From positions 1,662-65,661 of the forward strand of contig JAAYFC010000053.1 in NCBI GenBank assembly GCA_012728435.1: 64,000 nt of DNA. The letters are read 5' to 3'. Position numbers and translations under genes: made by a program. The DNA is from Clostridiales bacterium (GTDB lineage: Bacteria; Bacillota; Clostridia; Christensenellales; Aristaeellaceae). Positions 46,768 to 58,257 of this stretch are shown one piece after another. The notes beneath the pieces are model-generated. The model made no database searches, was not told the DNA's origin, and saw nothing but the letters and a program-made list of their open reading frames with translations. Numbering within the stretch: the first letter of the stretch is position 1; the number at the start of each line of letters is the position of its first letter.

Positions 46768-46796
46768 ATTATAGCGGATGTTACCACAAGAATCAA
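46768..46796 (-). promoter_or_regulatory. Strong sigma-A promoter for the hypothetical membrane protein gene
   Basis: On the minus strand: TTGATT, a 17-nt spacer, and TATAAT. Confidence 0.7.
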
Positions 46797-46879
46797 GCAA
46801 AATGTTCGGAATTTATACATTCTATCCATCTATTTACAGCCAAAACTTTTTTGATGTTAGATACACAAATTTCAGAATC

Positions 46880-46902
46880 AAAAAAGGAGGCCGAAGCCTC
46901 CC
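46880..46902 (-). terminator. Intrinsic terminator of groEL
   Basis: On the minus strand: GGAGGC-TTCG-GCCTCC followed by TTTTTT. Confidence 0.85.
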
Positions 46903-46973
46903 TTTAGGAATCATACCAAACGCACTTTTTAATGCACTTATGGAAGCGTTAACGGGTGCGTTCCGTATCTGTT

Positions 46974-48966
<1,993 letters not shown>

Positions 48967-48976
48967 ACCTGCTCAT

Positions 48977-49005
48977 AATATACCCTAAATCTTCTCCTTG
49001 TGCAA
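48977..49005 (-). promoter_or_regulatory. Sigma-A promoter of the groES-groEL operon
   Basis: On the minus strand: TTGCAC, a 17-nt spacer, and TATATT, immediately upstream of CIRCE. Confidence 0.7.
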
Positions 49006-49122
49006 GGGGTAGATATGAATTTTCGTTAAAATCATCACAAAGCATAAATATGCCGCGGTTTCAAGCACTGGTTTCAGCCTGCCAAAAGCCGCGGCGCGGG
49101 TTTCCCTGCAATCAGGGGCTTG

Positions 49123-49599
49123 TTATTTGTTGTTCTCGTAGACCTCACTTAAAATTTCTACCTTGGGTGAGACCAACAGCACCAGATTGAGCCCTTCCCT
49201 TTTCAGGATTCCTTTTTGGATGATGGCATACTGCTCCGGTGAGTAATTCCTTGCCTCTTTCGCCTTGGCGTCCAATCGCCCTTCCAGCAATTCATACACC
49301 GCATCCGCGGCGGCTTTGTCCTTTGACCGGATGAGGATGACTTCATCAGCCAGCAGGCTGTTTTGGGAGATCATCACCACGTATTCTGCTAAACGGTCAT
49401 ACTCAAGCCCGATGAGGTTATAAGCTTCCTCTGCGTCAAGGGGCAGCATCTCTGGCAGCACCTGCGTTTGCTCCATCTCCTGGTAAAGCTGGCTCAAACT
49501 GACCTGTTTGCCTTGGGGTGTGCAGGCGGCAAGCAGCGCTATAAGCAGCAACAAACAAAGGCTAAGAAGTCGGCTCTTACTTAAATAAATGTGGTCCAT
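49123..49599 (-). CDS. Lipoprotein, DUF4358-like
   Basis: The lipobox is LLAAC. The size and sequence flavour match DUF4358 proteins as I remember them. The ATG at 49599 shares its A with the final A of the upstream gene's TGA stop (49601-49599). Confidence 0.55.
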   Translation of the reverse strand: MDHIYLSKSRLLSLCLLLLIALLAACTPQGKQVSLSQLYQEMEQTQVLPEMLPLDAEEAYNLIGLEYDRLAEYVVMISQNSLLADEVILIRSKDKAAADAVYELLEGRLDAKAKEARNYSPEQYAIIQKGILKREGLNLVLLVSPKVEILSEVYENNK

Positions 49600-50330
49600 C
49601 AATCATGCTCCTGTAAGCGGGTTTGCGCAAAACTGTGCAAGGTATCAACCCAAATTTTGATTCCTTCGAGGTTAAGATGGATTCTTTGATCTGTTGATCG
49701 TTCCATTGGCAGAAATCCGTCTTCACCTTTGAGGGGCGTAGCAATATCCAAAAAATAGACCCCTTTTTCTGCACACATCGACGCGAGGGACGCATTGAAG
49801 GAATCAATCAGATCCTGCTGCAGCAGCGGATCTTTCATTTTTTGTGTGACGGGAGTGAGGGCTTGCACAACAAGCATCGCATCCGGCGCTGCTTCAGCCA
49901 TCAGATCCAGTGCTTTTGCGTAGCGTACGATGAGATGTTGATGGGATTTTTTCATCCCATCATTCATCCCCAGGAGGATAAACACCTTGGCAGGCTGCAC
50001 ATCCTTTAATAGCTTAAACACACTCCAGTCCAACCCGCGATACTGTATGTTCACTACGTTTTCTGAGCTAAACCGTCTTGTGGCATTATAGATTGTGTAA
50101 TTGGGCGAGGCCAGCATCAGCGCCTTGCCAAGCGTATGCTTTTCTTCGTGGCGTTCCTTCATCACCGTGTTATGCAACTGCCGTGTGAGGGAATCACCAA
50201 TAAAGAGGGCATCGTCAAACCAATGATCAACCTCTGCCTGAGGATGTTCCAACTGAATGGCTTCTTCCGTGTAACTGACCCCGGGAAAAAGCGCTATCAC
50301 GCAGCATAACACGATGAAAAACGGCTTCAC
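49599..50330 (-). CDS. Secreted SGNH/GDSL-type hydrolase
   Basis: The GTG start follows AAGGAG. It has a signal peptide, a block I-like FIGDSLTRQL, and ILLGMNDG. Confidence 0.7.
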   Translation of the reverse strand: MKPFFIVLCCVIALFPGVSYTEEAIQLEHPQAEVDHWFDDALFIGDSLTRQLHNTVMKERHEEKHTLGKALMLASPNYTIYNATRRFSSENVVNIQYRGLDWSVFKLLKDVQPAKVFILLGMNDGMKKSHQHLIVRYAKALDLMAEAAPDAMLVVQALTPVTQKMKDPLLQQDLIDSFNASLASMCAEKGVYFLDIATPLKGEDGFLPMERSTDQRIHLNLEGIKIWVDTLHSFAQTRLQEHD

Positions 50331-50418
50331 ACAGCACTCCTTACAGATTAGATACAGTGAGTATAATCATCTCTTGGTGTCTGGTCAATCAAAGCTTGCA
50401 AGACCAGCGTTCACACAG

Positions 50419-50448
50419 AAAAAACGGACAGGCCCTTCGCCTGTCCGT
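50419..50448 (-). terminator. Intrinsic terminator of htrA
   Basis: On the minus strand: a 9-bp stem ACGGACAGG / CCTGTCCGT followed by TTTTTT. Confidence 0.85.
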
Positions 50449-50468
50449 CAAGTCATGTGGGGGGTAGC

Positions 50469-51782
50469 TTACATGTCTGCGCCATCCTGGATAATCATCT
50501 GGGCTGTGATATCAATGTACTCACCCTTGCCAAGCGATTGCAGCTTGCTAAGGTCCTCCAGCGCTGCCATCAGGCCTGTCATCCGGTAGACTTTCAGCAC
50601 CAGCTCATCCCCGTTGTTCTTTTCCTGAATCTTCGCGACCAACTGGCTGTTGGTGGTGATGACCTCCCCATCCGCTTCAACGATGATGTCACCCACCTGG
50701 ATGCCGGCCGCTTGCGCGGGGGTGTTCTCAAACACTTCCATAACCAAGGCGCCTTGGGGCACAATGCCCTGTGAGGCGGACAGGAAGCTGTTGACGCTGC
50801 GGACGCTGACGCCTAACTTAGGCCTGGGCTTGGCCGCATCAGCTGCCTGATGCTCTTCCTGCTCACGCACTTTCTGCGCCTGGGCCTCGGCCTCCTGGGC
50901 GTTGTAGTTTTCAAGAACGGTGCGGATTAAGGGCTTGGCGGCGTTGATCGGCACGCACATGCCAATGTTATCGATGGAGTAGTTGCTGGGGGAGAAGGGG
51001 CTGGCGTTGTCCACCAGCTTCATGGTGGGAATCCCCTGCAGCTGGCCCAGGGTATTGAACATGCCGCCGCCGGAGTTGCCGGAGGAGATGGCCGCGTCCA
51101 CCTGGATCATGTTGTTCTCAATCTCAGTCCGCAGGCCATAGCGGTCACGGCCGCTGGAGGTCATGGTGCGGGAGACCGCGGACACGATGCCAACAGACAC
51201 GCTGCGCTCAAACTGTGTGCCAAGCGGGTTGCCAATCACAATCGCGTACTCACCCACCTGAATCCCGTCGCTGTCGCCCAGGGTGACATGCGGCAGGTCC
51301 AGACCGGGCACCAAAAGGACGGCGATGTCCAGGTCCGCGTCAGTGCCCAGCACCGCGGCTTCCAGTTCACGGTCGCCGACGTTCACCGTCACGCGGGAGG
51401 CGTCACGGATGACATGGAAGTTGGTCAGCACATGGCCATAGGGGGAGATTACCGTGCCAGAGCCAGTGCCAACCCTGCGCTCCTGCTCAAACTCCTCCGG
51501 GGTCTGGTCAAAGAAGAAGCCAAAGCTGTGGCTAAACTGGCTTCTGCGGGAGACCTGGTAGTTGTTCACGCCCACCACGCTCTCCTGTGCCTTCTTTGAA
51601 ATCTCAATAAAGGGGCTGGTGACCTCTTCCTGCTTGGTGGAGGTGTTCACAATCTTCTCCACTTCTTCCTGGGTCAAGGTACCAGCAGTGTCCTTGGCAT
51701 AGGCTGTGATGCCAATGCCCAGCAGCAGGCTAAGGGCCAGTACCGCCGCGATTATTCCCGTAATTCTTCTATTTGTTTTCAT
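50469..51782 (-). CDS. htrA: HtrA/DegP-type serine protease with a PDZ domain
   Basis: It has an N-terminal TM anchor and a trypsin-like domain (TNFHVI, DIAVL, GNSGGGMFN). The C-terminal PDZ segment is GIQVGDIIVEADGEVI. Confidence 0.9.
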   Translation of the reverse strand: MKTNRRITGIIAAVLALSLLLGIGITAYAKDTAGTLTQEEVEKIVNTSTKQEEVTSPFIEISKKAQESVVGVNNYQVSRRSQFSHSFGFFFDQTPEEFEQERRVGTGSGTVISPYGHVLTNFHVIRDASRVTVNVGDRELEAAVLGTDADLDIAVLLVPGLDLPHVTLGDSDGIQVGEYAIVIGNPLGTQFERSVSVGIVSAVSRTMTSSGRDRYGLRTEIENNMIQVDAAISSGNSGGGMFNTLGQLQGIPTMKLVDNASPFSPSNYSIDNIGMCVPINAAKPLIRTVLENYNAQEAEAQAQKVREQEEHQAADAAKPRPKLGVSVRSVNSFLSASQGIVPQGALVMEVFENTPAQAAGIQVGDIIVEADGEVITTNSQLVAKIQEKNNGDELVLKVYRMTGLMAALEDLSKLQSLGKGEYIDITAQMIIQDGADM

Positions 51783-52050
51783 AAAAAGCGTCCTTTCTAT
51801 CGTTTAAGTTGCTCAGATGCGTTCATCATCCTGCATATCAAGCATACCCTTCTATTTTGATTCTTTTTTTACCAGATGATGAATTAAATGTAAACTCAAA
51901 TCAACATCCCTGCCACCGCACAAGATGTATGAAAGCAGCAGCCCAGGGTAAAATAGGTGTAGGTTGTTGCACTTGATGCAAGAAACACCGGTTCAATCCC
52001 GTTGTATGTATGAGTCCTGTCAATGGGCTTAGAAAAAGGAGATGTAATGT

Positions 52051-53031
52051 ATGAAAAGGTTTTTATCCCTCACGCTGACACTGATGATAGCGCTTGCACT
52101 ATTGCCAAACGTCGCATTGGCTGCGGAGACCATCAAGATTGAAGTCGTCAACAAGGAGTTTCGCTTCTCGGGCGTTCATGCCAGTGAGCATCTGTTCACC
52201 ATCGAGAACATCAGCGATGCTGATGTTGACGTGGTCATCACCGTGTATGATCAGGCGGACAAAAAGGTTGTTGAGACCATGAACTACACCATCATGAAGG
52301 GTGACGGGCCGCAAATGGTGCTGGCCAGCGTCTACAAACCCCTCACCCACAATGGAGAGGTGAATACCTACAGCTACAAAATCGCGCCAAACACCGGCAA
52401 CGCGAAGTATCTGTACTACGCGCAGAAACTCACCATCGTCAAAGAAAATGGTGTGGAAACCCACTACTATGACCAGTATACCAACACAATTTATCCCAGG
52501 AACACTGTTTCTTCCTTTGGCCCGCACTTCCGTGATGTGACCCCGGCTTTGACAGACAAATGGTACATGTTTACCCCCATTGACCTTTCGATTCAAGGCC
52601 GACAAACATTTATCCTTGCAGCCAGCAATATCTATGAAGTGGGCGAGGTCTATGTGGATGTCAACCAGGACACCGTGGTCGTCAGCTACCGGATGTTCCA
52701 TGATGGGAAGCAGGGCTTTAGCACCGAAACGCTCAGTGAATTCATCACCTTCTACAACTCCTATGCCGATGTGGACATCGTGGAGCCAGAGGAGATGAAG
52801 GAGCCCAGCATGTATGCCTTCAACCAACCCATCAGCATCCTCAATCACTTTGGTGGGGATACCAATGTGCTGATGTTCATCCGCAACCGCATTACCTACA
52901 AACGCTTCCCTACGCCTAAGACCGAATACGTCCGCTTTTGGGAAAACACGCCGGAAAACAAGGCCCACCGTGAGCGCATGTTGGAGTTCATGGATCCCAT
53001 TATGACGGTAGACCTGGGAAATAAACACTGA
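52051..53031 (+). CDS. Hypothetical secreted protein
   Basis: AAAGGAG lies upstream. The signal peptide is MKRFLSLTLTLMIALALLPNVALA. I recognise no family. A strong terminator follows. Confidence 0.7.
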   Translation: MKRFLSLTLTLMIALALLPNVALAAETIKIEVVNKEFRFSGVHASEHLFTIENISDADVDVVITVYDQADKKVVETMNYTIMKGDGPQMVLASVYKPLTHNGEVNTYSYKIAPNTGNAKYLYYAQKLTIVKENGVETHYYDQYTNTIYPRNTVSSFGPHFRDVTPALTDKWYMFTPIDLSIQGRQTFILAASNIYEVGEVYVDVNQDTVVVSYRMFHDGKQGFSTETLSEFITFYNSYADVDIVEPEEMKEPSMYAFNQPISILNHFGGDTNVLMFIRNRITYKRFPTPKTEYVRFWENTPENKAHRERMLEFMDPIMTVDLGNKH

Positions 53032-53043
53032 CTAACCCAATAA

Positions 53044-53080
53044 GGGGCTGCAGCAAACAGATATTGCTACAGCCCCTTTT
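53044..53080 (+). terminator. Intrinsic terminator
   Basis: A 13-bp stem, GGGGCTGCAGCAA / TTGCTACAGCCCC (one mismatch), is followed by TTTT. Confidence 0.85.
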
Positions 53081-53094
53081 AATATGATTTATAA

Positions 53095-53634
53095 TTAGTG
53101 CTGCGTCAGCGGGAACATCCTGTATTCCTTCAAAGCCAGCAGAATGGGCGGAATAATGACAATATGGAAAATGATACCGGGGATGGGTGTGACAAAGGCG
53201 GCGGTCCAGAACATGGTCAGGGTGAAGGGATTGCCCATGGCGGAGAAAATGATGTAGCTGGCCAGACCCCAGACCAGGCGGCCGCCCAGCATGGACAGAA
53301 TCAAGGCCAGGTACAGGCCTGTTATCGTCTTAGGCAGTGCCTTATACAGAAGGCCCGCCAAGGCGCCATAGGCAGCCAGCTCAAACGCCATTGCCAGCGC
53401 AACAGGCAACATGGGCGGCATCCCCACAATGAGGGAACGCAAAAGCGGCGTGATACAGCCAATAGCCAGGCCGTATTGCCATCCGCAGACAAAGCCGCAC
53501 AGCAACACCGGGACATGCATCAGGCTCATGATGTTGCCCAGCTGGCGGTTGTTGCCGGTCAGGAAAGGCAACAGAATGCCCAAGGCCAAAAACAGGGCGG
53601 ATAAGGTTAAACGCAGCACTTTGTTATCTCTCAT
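53095..53634 (-). CDS. ECF transporter S (substrate-capture) component, substrate unknown
   Basis: The ATG at 53634 has a GAAGGCGAGGA site upstream. The protein is ~179 aa with 5-6 TM spans. The sequence LPFLTGNNRQLGNIMSLMHVPVLLCGFVCGWQYGL is typical of ECF S components. Confidence 0.75.
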   Translation of the reverse strand: MRDNKVLRLTLSALFLALGILLPFLTGNNRQLGNIMSLMHVPVLLCGFVCGWQYGLAIGCITPLLRSLIVGMPPMLPVALAMAFELAAYGALAGLLYKALPKTITGLYLALILSMLGGRLVWGLASYIIFSAMGNPFTLTMFWTAAFVTPIPGIIFHIVIIPPILLALKEYRMFPLTQH

Positions 53635-53707
53635 GGTGTCCTCGCCTTCGTGAGTTCTGTGTAGCCAAAGCAAGCGCCCGTGACAGCTTTTGGCCTAACT
53701 ATTGAAC

Positions 53708-53736
53708 ATTTTATGCATGCCCGGCAGGGCTGTCAA
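53708..53736 (-). promoter_or_regulatory. Sigma-A promoter of the ECF S-component gene
   Basis: On the minus strand: TTGACA, a 17-nt spacer, and TAAAAT. Confidence 0.7.
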
Positions 53737-53799
53737 GCGATACGTCTGCCAGTAAATGTGGTATGATAGAAGGGCAATCAACCTGAAAGGAACAGGCCA

Positions 53800-54198
53800 A
53801 TGAATCAAGCGATGGTTCTTTGTTACAACATGGAGGGTGAGCGCGCAGATCAGGTGCGCGCGCTGGCAGAGGCCCTCAATATCCAAGCCTTCCTGGTGCC
53901 CAGGGAGGCCTACTTGCAGAAGATTGGCGCGCTCTGCGGCTTGTTTGAGCCCACCAAGGAAGCCTATCATGGCGAAGGCTTTGAGGGGGAGATGATGCTG
54001 ATGGCCTTCTTTGAAAAAGGCATGCTGGGCCAGTTTTTGGACGGTTTCCGCGAGCAGGGCCTGCCGCCCGTGCCGCTAAAGGCCATGTTGACGGAGAAGA
54101 ACAGCCAGTGGAACTCCATGGCGCTGCAGGCAGAGCTCCTGGATGAATATGAACACTTCAAAAAAATGCACAAAACGACCAAAAAGGCCCGGCAGTGA
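53800..54198 (+). CDS. DUF3783-like small protein
   Basis: The protein is 132 aa. The N-terminus MVLCYNMEGERADQVRALAEALNIQAFLV...IGALCG resembles DUF3783 proteins of Clostridia. The assignment is from memory. Confidence 0.55.
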   Translation: MNQAMVLCYNMEGERADQVRALAEALNIQAFLVPREAYLQKIGALCGLFEPTKEAYHGEGFEGEMMLMAFFEKGMLGQFLDGFREQGLPPVPLKAMLTEKNSQWNSMALQAELLDEYEHFKKMHKTTKKARQ

Positions 54199-55247
54199 GT
54201 GTTAAAGCGACGGCCATCACCAGCAGGCTTTTGGCCTGGTATGACGCGCACCAGCGCGTCTTTCCTTTCCGCGGCACCAAGGATCCTTACCGCATCTGGT
54301 TAAGTGAAATCATGCTGCAGCAGACGCGGACGGAAACCGTAGGCCCATATTATGAGCGGTTCCTGCGGCTGTTTCCGGATGTGCACATCCTGGCTAAGGC
54401 GCCCATTGAACAGGTGCTCAAGGCATGGGAAGGCCTGGGTTACTACACCCGGGCGCGCAACCTGCACAAAACGGCAGGCATCATAGTAAAGGACCATGGC
54501 GGCGTTTTCCCAAGCACCGCGCAAGGCTTGCAAAAGCTGCCCGGGATTGGCCCTTACGCTGCCGCGGCCATCGCCTCCATCGCCTACGGCGAGCCCGTCC
54601 CCGCCATGGACGGCAACCTGTACCGTGTCATCAGCCGGCTGTTTTTGTATATGCAGGATACCGGCACCGCCCGCGCGAAGAAAGAACTGCAGGCCCTGGG
54701 GCTGTCCCTGATGCCGCACACCCATGCCGGGGATATGAACCAGGCCCTCATGGACCTGGGCGCGACCATCTGCCTGCCCGGCACACCGGATTGTGACAAA
54801 TGCCCTTTATCAGAGGACTGCGCGGCTTTCAAAGCGGGGAATCCCGCGTCACTGCCCATGATGAAAGCCAAAAAACCGCCGAAGCAGGTTCCTGTCAGCG
54901 TGGTGCTGCTGGTATGCGATGGGCATGTGTTGCTGCTGAAGCGCGAGAAGGCGCTGCTCAAAGGCATGTACCTCTTTGTGTTGAGTGAAGGTGAGGACAG
55001 CCTAATGGCTGCCGAGAAAGCTGCAAAAAAATATGCGAAGGATTGTTGTGATGTCCAGGTGTTGGGCACAGCCCGTCATGTGTTTACCCACCAGGTATGG
55101 AATATGACCATCTACCTGGCGCGGGCAAGGTCCTGCGCACCTGTTAAAAACGGTGTCTGGGCCAGTTGTTCCCAGTTGGATGCCTTGCCTGTGCCAGTGG
55201 CCATGAACGCCGCGCTCAGCTATGCGCGCAAGCTTGTAAACAGTTGA
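54195..55247 (+). CDS. mutY: A/G-specific adenine DNA glycosylase MutY
   Basis: It contains LLAWYDAHQRVFPFRGTKDPYRIWLSEIMLQQTRTETV, an HhH-GPD region, and a 4Fe-4S loop CLPGTPDCDKCPLSEDC. The C-terminal domain is NUDIX-like. The GTG start overlaps the previous stop. Confidence 0.9.
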   Translation: MSVKATAITSRLLAWYDAHQRVFPFRGTKDPYRIWLSEIMLQQTRTETVGPYYERFLRLFPDVHILAKAPIEQVLKAWEGLGYYTRARNLHKTAGIIVKDHGGVFPSTAQGLQKLPGIGPYAAAAIASIAYGEPVPAMDGNLYRVISRLFLYMQDTGTARAKKELQALGLSLMPHTHAGDMNQALMDLGATICLPGTPDCDKCPLSEDCAAFKAGNPASLPMMKAKKPPKQVPVSVVLLVCDGHVLLLKREKALLKGMYLFVLSEGEDSLMAAEKAAKKYAKDCCDVQVLGTARHVFTHQVWNMTIYLARARSCAPVKNGVWASCSQLDALPVPVAMNAALSYARKLVNS

Positions 55248-55320
55248 GCCTGACGTATTTTGCGCTAATCACCTAAAACATGGTAAAATGGTGCAAACAA
55301 TAGAAAAGAGGCAAGGTATC

Positions 55321-56295
55321 ATGATTAAAAAACTGGTGCTGCTTTTCCTGGTATTGATGCTGGCCTGTCCCCTGGCGCTTGCGGAGGACTTGACCGATGC
55401 TGAGGCGGAAACCTTGCGGCAACTCAAGCAGGTGGTGATGGATTTTCTTGACAATGAAGAATACACTTACGAAACGAATGAAGATGGCTTTAGTCTGGGC
55501 TTTGCACTGGACGGCAAACTGGAATCCTGTTTGGTGGTCGTGACGGTTTATTATGATGGCATTGAGATCACCGCAACCCCAAATCTTGAAATCCCGGAAC
55601 AGAACCGCGACAAGGTGGCGGTGCTGCTGGCTTTGATCAATCATTACAGTTTTTATTCCCACCTGGGGATGCGCCATGAAACGGGCAAGCTCTACTCCTT
55701 TTCGGATCAGCTGGTGGAGCAGGTGCTGCCTGGGATGGCGGAAATGAATGTCCTCTTCCACGAGCCGCTGCATATGCTTGAGAAATGGGGCGAAGGCTTG
55801 ATGAAAGTTGCCCTGGAAGGCGCAGATCCAGTGGCGTGCTACACCAAAATAAAAGCGGGTGAACCTTTAGATGAATCCGTGGCTTTGCCAATTTCAGATG
55901 CACAAAACAGTCCGGGTCAAACAGGCGATGCCTATTTGCTGTCAGGGACGTATGACGGCGCATTGATTGGCTTAAAAGAAGTATTGACACAAGATGAGGG
56001 CGATGACAAGATTCTGATATTGGTTTTCGATTTTTCACACGATAAGGATGAGGCGCAGATGTTCTCCTTGGCTGCCAACATCACAGTCTATCAAGATGGG
56101 ATTGAACTTGACGACGCATATTTTTATAAGCATGCGTCGCAAGGGAATGCGATAAAGAACATTAAAAGAGGGGCCGTGCTGGAAACCACAAAGGCATATA
56201 CACTTCGTTCCAATTCACCGGTAGAAATTGAAATGAACGAGTTTTTCAGTTTCAATGACAGAAAGCCGGATGCGATAACAGTTCCTGTTCCATAG
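55321..56295 (+). CDS. Hypothetical secreted protein or lipoprotein
   Basis: The ATG at 55321 follows AAGAGG. The signal sequence is MIKKLVLLFLVLMLACPLALA. I cannot assign a family with confidence. Confidence 0.6.
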   Translation: MIKKLVLLFLVLMLACPLALAEDLTDAEAETLRQLKQVVMDFLDNEEYTYETNEDGFSLGFALDGKLESCLVVVTVYYDGIEITATPNLEIPEQNRDKVAVLLALINHYSFYSHLGMRHETGKLYSFSDQLVEQVLPGMAEMNVLFHEPLHMLEKWGEGLMKVALEGADPVACYTKIKAGEPLDESVALPISDAQNSPGQTGDAYLLSGTYDGALIGLKEVLTQDEGDDKILILVFDFSHDKDEAQMFSLAANITVYQDGIELDDAYFYKHASQGNAIKNIKRGAVLETTKAYTLRSNSPVEIEMNEFFSFNDRKPDAITVPVP

Positions 56296-56316
56296 CGTGA
56301 TGTAAGCGCAATAAAG

Positions 56317-56356
56317 GGTAAACGCTTCGTGATGAGCCGAGGCGTTTACCTTTTTT
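56317..56356 (+). terminator. Intrinsic terminator
   Basis: The stem GGTAAACGC / GCGTTTACC is followed by TTTTTT. Confidence 0.85.
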
Positions 56357-56365
56357 GATTCCTTA

Positions 56366-57274
56366 TTAAATCCGTTTGTAATATGCTAAAAAATTAAGCC
56401 CCGCAATCGCCTCAACATCGGCTGGTGAATACCCCCGTTCTATCAGCCTTGTTATAAGCTTGGGGAAATCAGAGGGATTATCCAGGCCTTCGGGCTTTTC
56501 GCTAATGCCGTCAAAATCGCTGCCAAAGCCCACCATGCCCTCGCCGCCCAGTTGGTGCATATGGTCGATGTGGTCAATGACGGTGTCAATGGTGCAATCT
56601 GTCCCGCCCGGCGTTAAGAACAAGGGCAGGAAGTTGATGCCCACATAGCCGCCTGCGGCAAAAAGGTCCCTCAGCTGCTGATCCGTCAGGTTCCGGGGGT
56701 GGTCGCACAGGGCCCGGGCGCAGGAGTGGCTGGCCAGTGGCGGGGCATCGGTCTTGCCCAGCAGGTCGTAAAAGCCAGGGATGTTCAGGTGGGACACGTC
56801 CAGCGCCATGCCCAGGCTTTGCATATGCTTTGCTGCCTTCAGACCGTAGGGTTTCAGTCCATCGTCCTGGTTGATACAGGCAGGGGTGCCCAGCGCGTTT
56901 CCGTAGTTCCAGGTGATGGCAGCCATGCGTACGCCCCGCTTGCGGTAGTCGTCAATGACATGAAGTCCGGGTTCAAAGATTTCGCAGCCTTCCACCGATA
57001 GCAGGAAGCGGGGCTGGTCCGTGGCGGCTTCCTGTGGGTCCATGGCTTGCAACCAGCCCTCCTGCTTCAATTGCTCTGCCGCCTGCCACATGTTGTTGTA
57101 CAGGCCAGCCACTACGTGGGGGTCAGGGTCGACCCCCACAAACATGGCCAGCACCTGCAGGGATACGCCGCCTTCTTTGAGGCGGTCCAGGCTCAGGTCA
57201 AAGGGCTTTTTATCCCCAGTCGCCATCCGGTGAAGGGTGTCCGCATGGGCATCACACAGGATCATGGGCATCAC
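56366..57274 (-). CDS. M19 family membrane dipeptidase
   Basis: Motifs are [23 protein letters not shown] and [20 protein letters not shown]. The GTG-ATG start overlaps the GH130 stop (ATGTGATG). Confidence 0.85.
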   Translation of the reverse strand: MMPMILCDAHADTLHRMATGDKKPFDLSLDRLKEGGVSLQVLAMFVGVDPDPHVVAGLYNNMWQAAEQLKQEGWLQAMDPQEAATDQPRFLLSVEGCEIFEPGLHVIDDYRKRGVRMAAITWNYGNALGTPACINQDDGLKPYGLKAAKHMQSLGMALDVSHLNIPGFYDLLGKTDAPPLASHSCARALCDHPRNLTDQQLRDLFAAGGYVGINFLPLFLTPGGTDCTIDTVIDHIDHMHQLGGEGMVGFGSDFDGISEKPEGLDNPSDFPKLITRLIERGYSPADVEAIAGLNFLAYYKRI

Positions 57275-58245
57275 ATGGGATGGGCCTTGATGTAATCAAG
57301 CACCTCATCCACCGTGGTAAAGCACAGCCCGGTGACTGTGTCCGCGCAGCCATAGTAGATGGCGATGCGGCCGGTGTCCGCGTCTGTGAGCGCCGCGCAG
57401 GGGAAGGTGACGCCAGGGACGTCCCCGGCCAGTTCATACAGCGTCTCCGGTCCCAGCAGGTACCAGTCACCCCGGGTAATCACCTTCCAGGGCTCATCCA
57501 GATCCAGCAGGGCAGCGCCAAAGCGGTAGACATAGCCGTTGCAGGTGGTGATTACGCCGTGGTAGATCATCAGCCAGCCTTCATCCGTCTCAATCGGCGT
57601 TGGGCCCGCGCCCACCTTGGTGGACTGCCAGCCCCCGGCGGTGCCAAAGACGTGGCGGTGGCGGCCCCAGTACTCCAGGTCCTTGGATTGGCTGATGAAA
57701 ATATCGCCAAAGGAAGTGTGCCCGGTGTCCGAGGGCCGGGACAGCATCAGGTAGTGGCCGCCCACCTTCCGGGGGAAGAGCACACCGTTCCTGTTGTAGG
57801 GCAAAAAGCAGTTTTCCAGCTGGTGGAAGGTCTTGAAGTCCTCCGTATAGCCCAGGCCGATGGTGGGGCCGTGGTAGCCATTGCACCAAACCACGTAGTA
57901 TTTGCCTTCCACCTCGCACACCCTGGCATCATAGCGGTACTGCAGCTTGGTGATGTAGGGGTCGCCCTGAAACTGGATGGGCTCGTGGTCGATCTTCCAG
58001 TTGATGCCGTCATCGCTGAAACCGGCATGGATGTTCATCTCCACCGCCTTGTTATCGCAGCGAAAGACGCCCGCAAACTTGCCCTTGAAGGCCACTGCCG
58101 CGGAGTTGAAGATGCTGTTGCTGGAAGGGATGGCGTCCTTTTTGATGATGGGGTTGCCGCTGTAGCGCCATACGGGGGTCTTGCAGTCTTTGGGCTTGTC
58201 CTCCCAGGGGATGTTGGGCAGGGCCTTGCCAATAATCTTTGCCAT
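57271..58245 (-). CDS. GH130 family beta-mannoside phosphorylase/glycosidase
   Basis: It contains [25 protein letters not shown]...[21 protein letters not shown] and later YGCADT. The 324-aa size fits the short GH130 subfamilies. AAGGAG lies upstream. Confidence 0.8.
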   Translation of the reverse strand: MAKIIGKALPNIPWEDKPKDCKTPVWRYSGNPIIKKDAIPSSNSIFNSAAVAFKGKFAGVFRCDNKAVEMNIHAGFSDDGINWKIDHEPIQFQGDPYITKLQYRYDARVCEVEGKYYVVWCNGYHGPTIGLGYTEDFKTFHQLENCFLPYNRNGVLFPRKVGGHYLMLSRPSDTGHTSFGDIFISQSKDLEYWGRHRHVFGTAGGWQSTKVGAGPTPIETDEGWLMIYHGVITTCNGYVYRFGAALLDLDEPWKVITRGDWYLLGPETLYELAGDVPGVTFPCAALTDADTGRIAIYYGCADTVTGLCFTTVDEVLDYIKAHPM

Positions 58246-58257
58246 GTCAGTCTCCTT

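Noticed and set aside
53635-53707. Possible THF, TPP or preQ1 riboswitch ahead of the ECF S-component
   Set aside because: The leader is ~65 nt. It lacks the CUGAGA/ACCUGA (TPP) motifs, the THF core, and the A-rich tail of preQ1-I. The GCUACAC resemblance to the Bacillus preQ1 loop is not flanked by a matching P1 stem.
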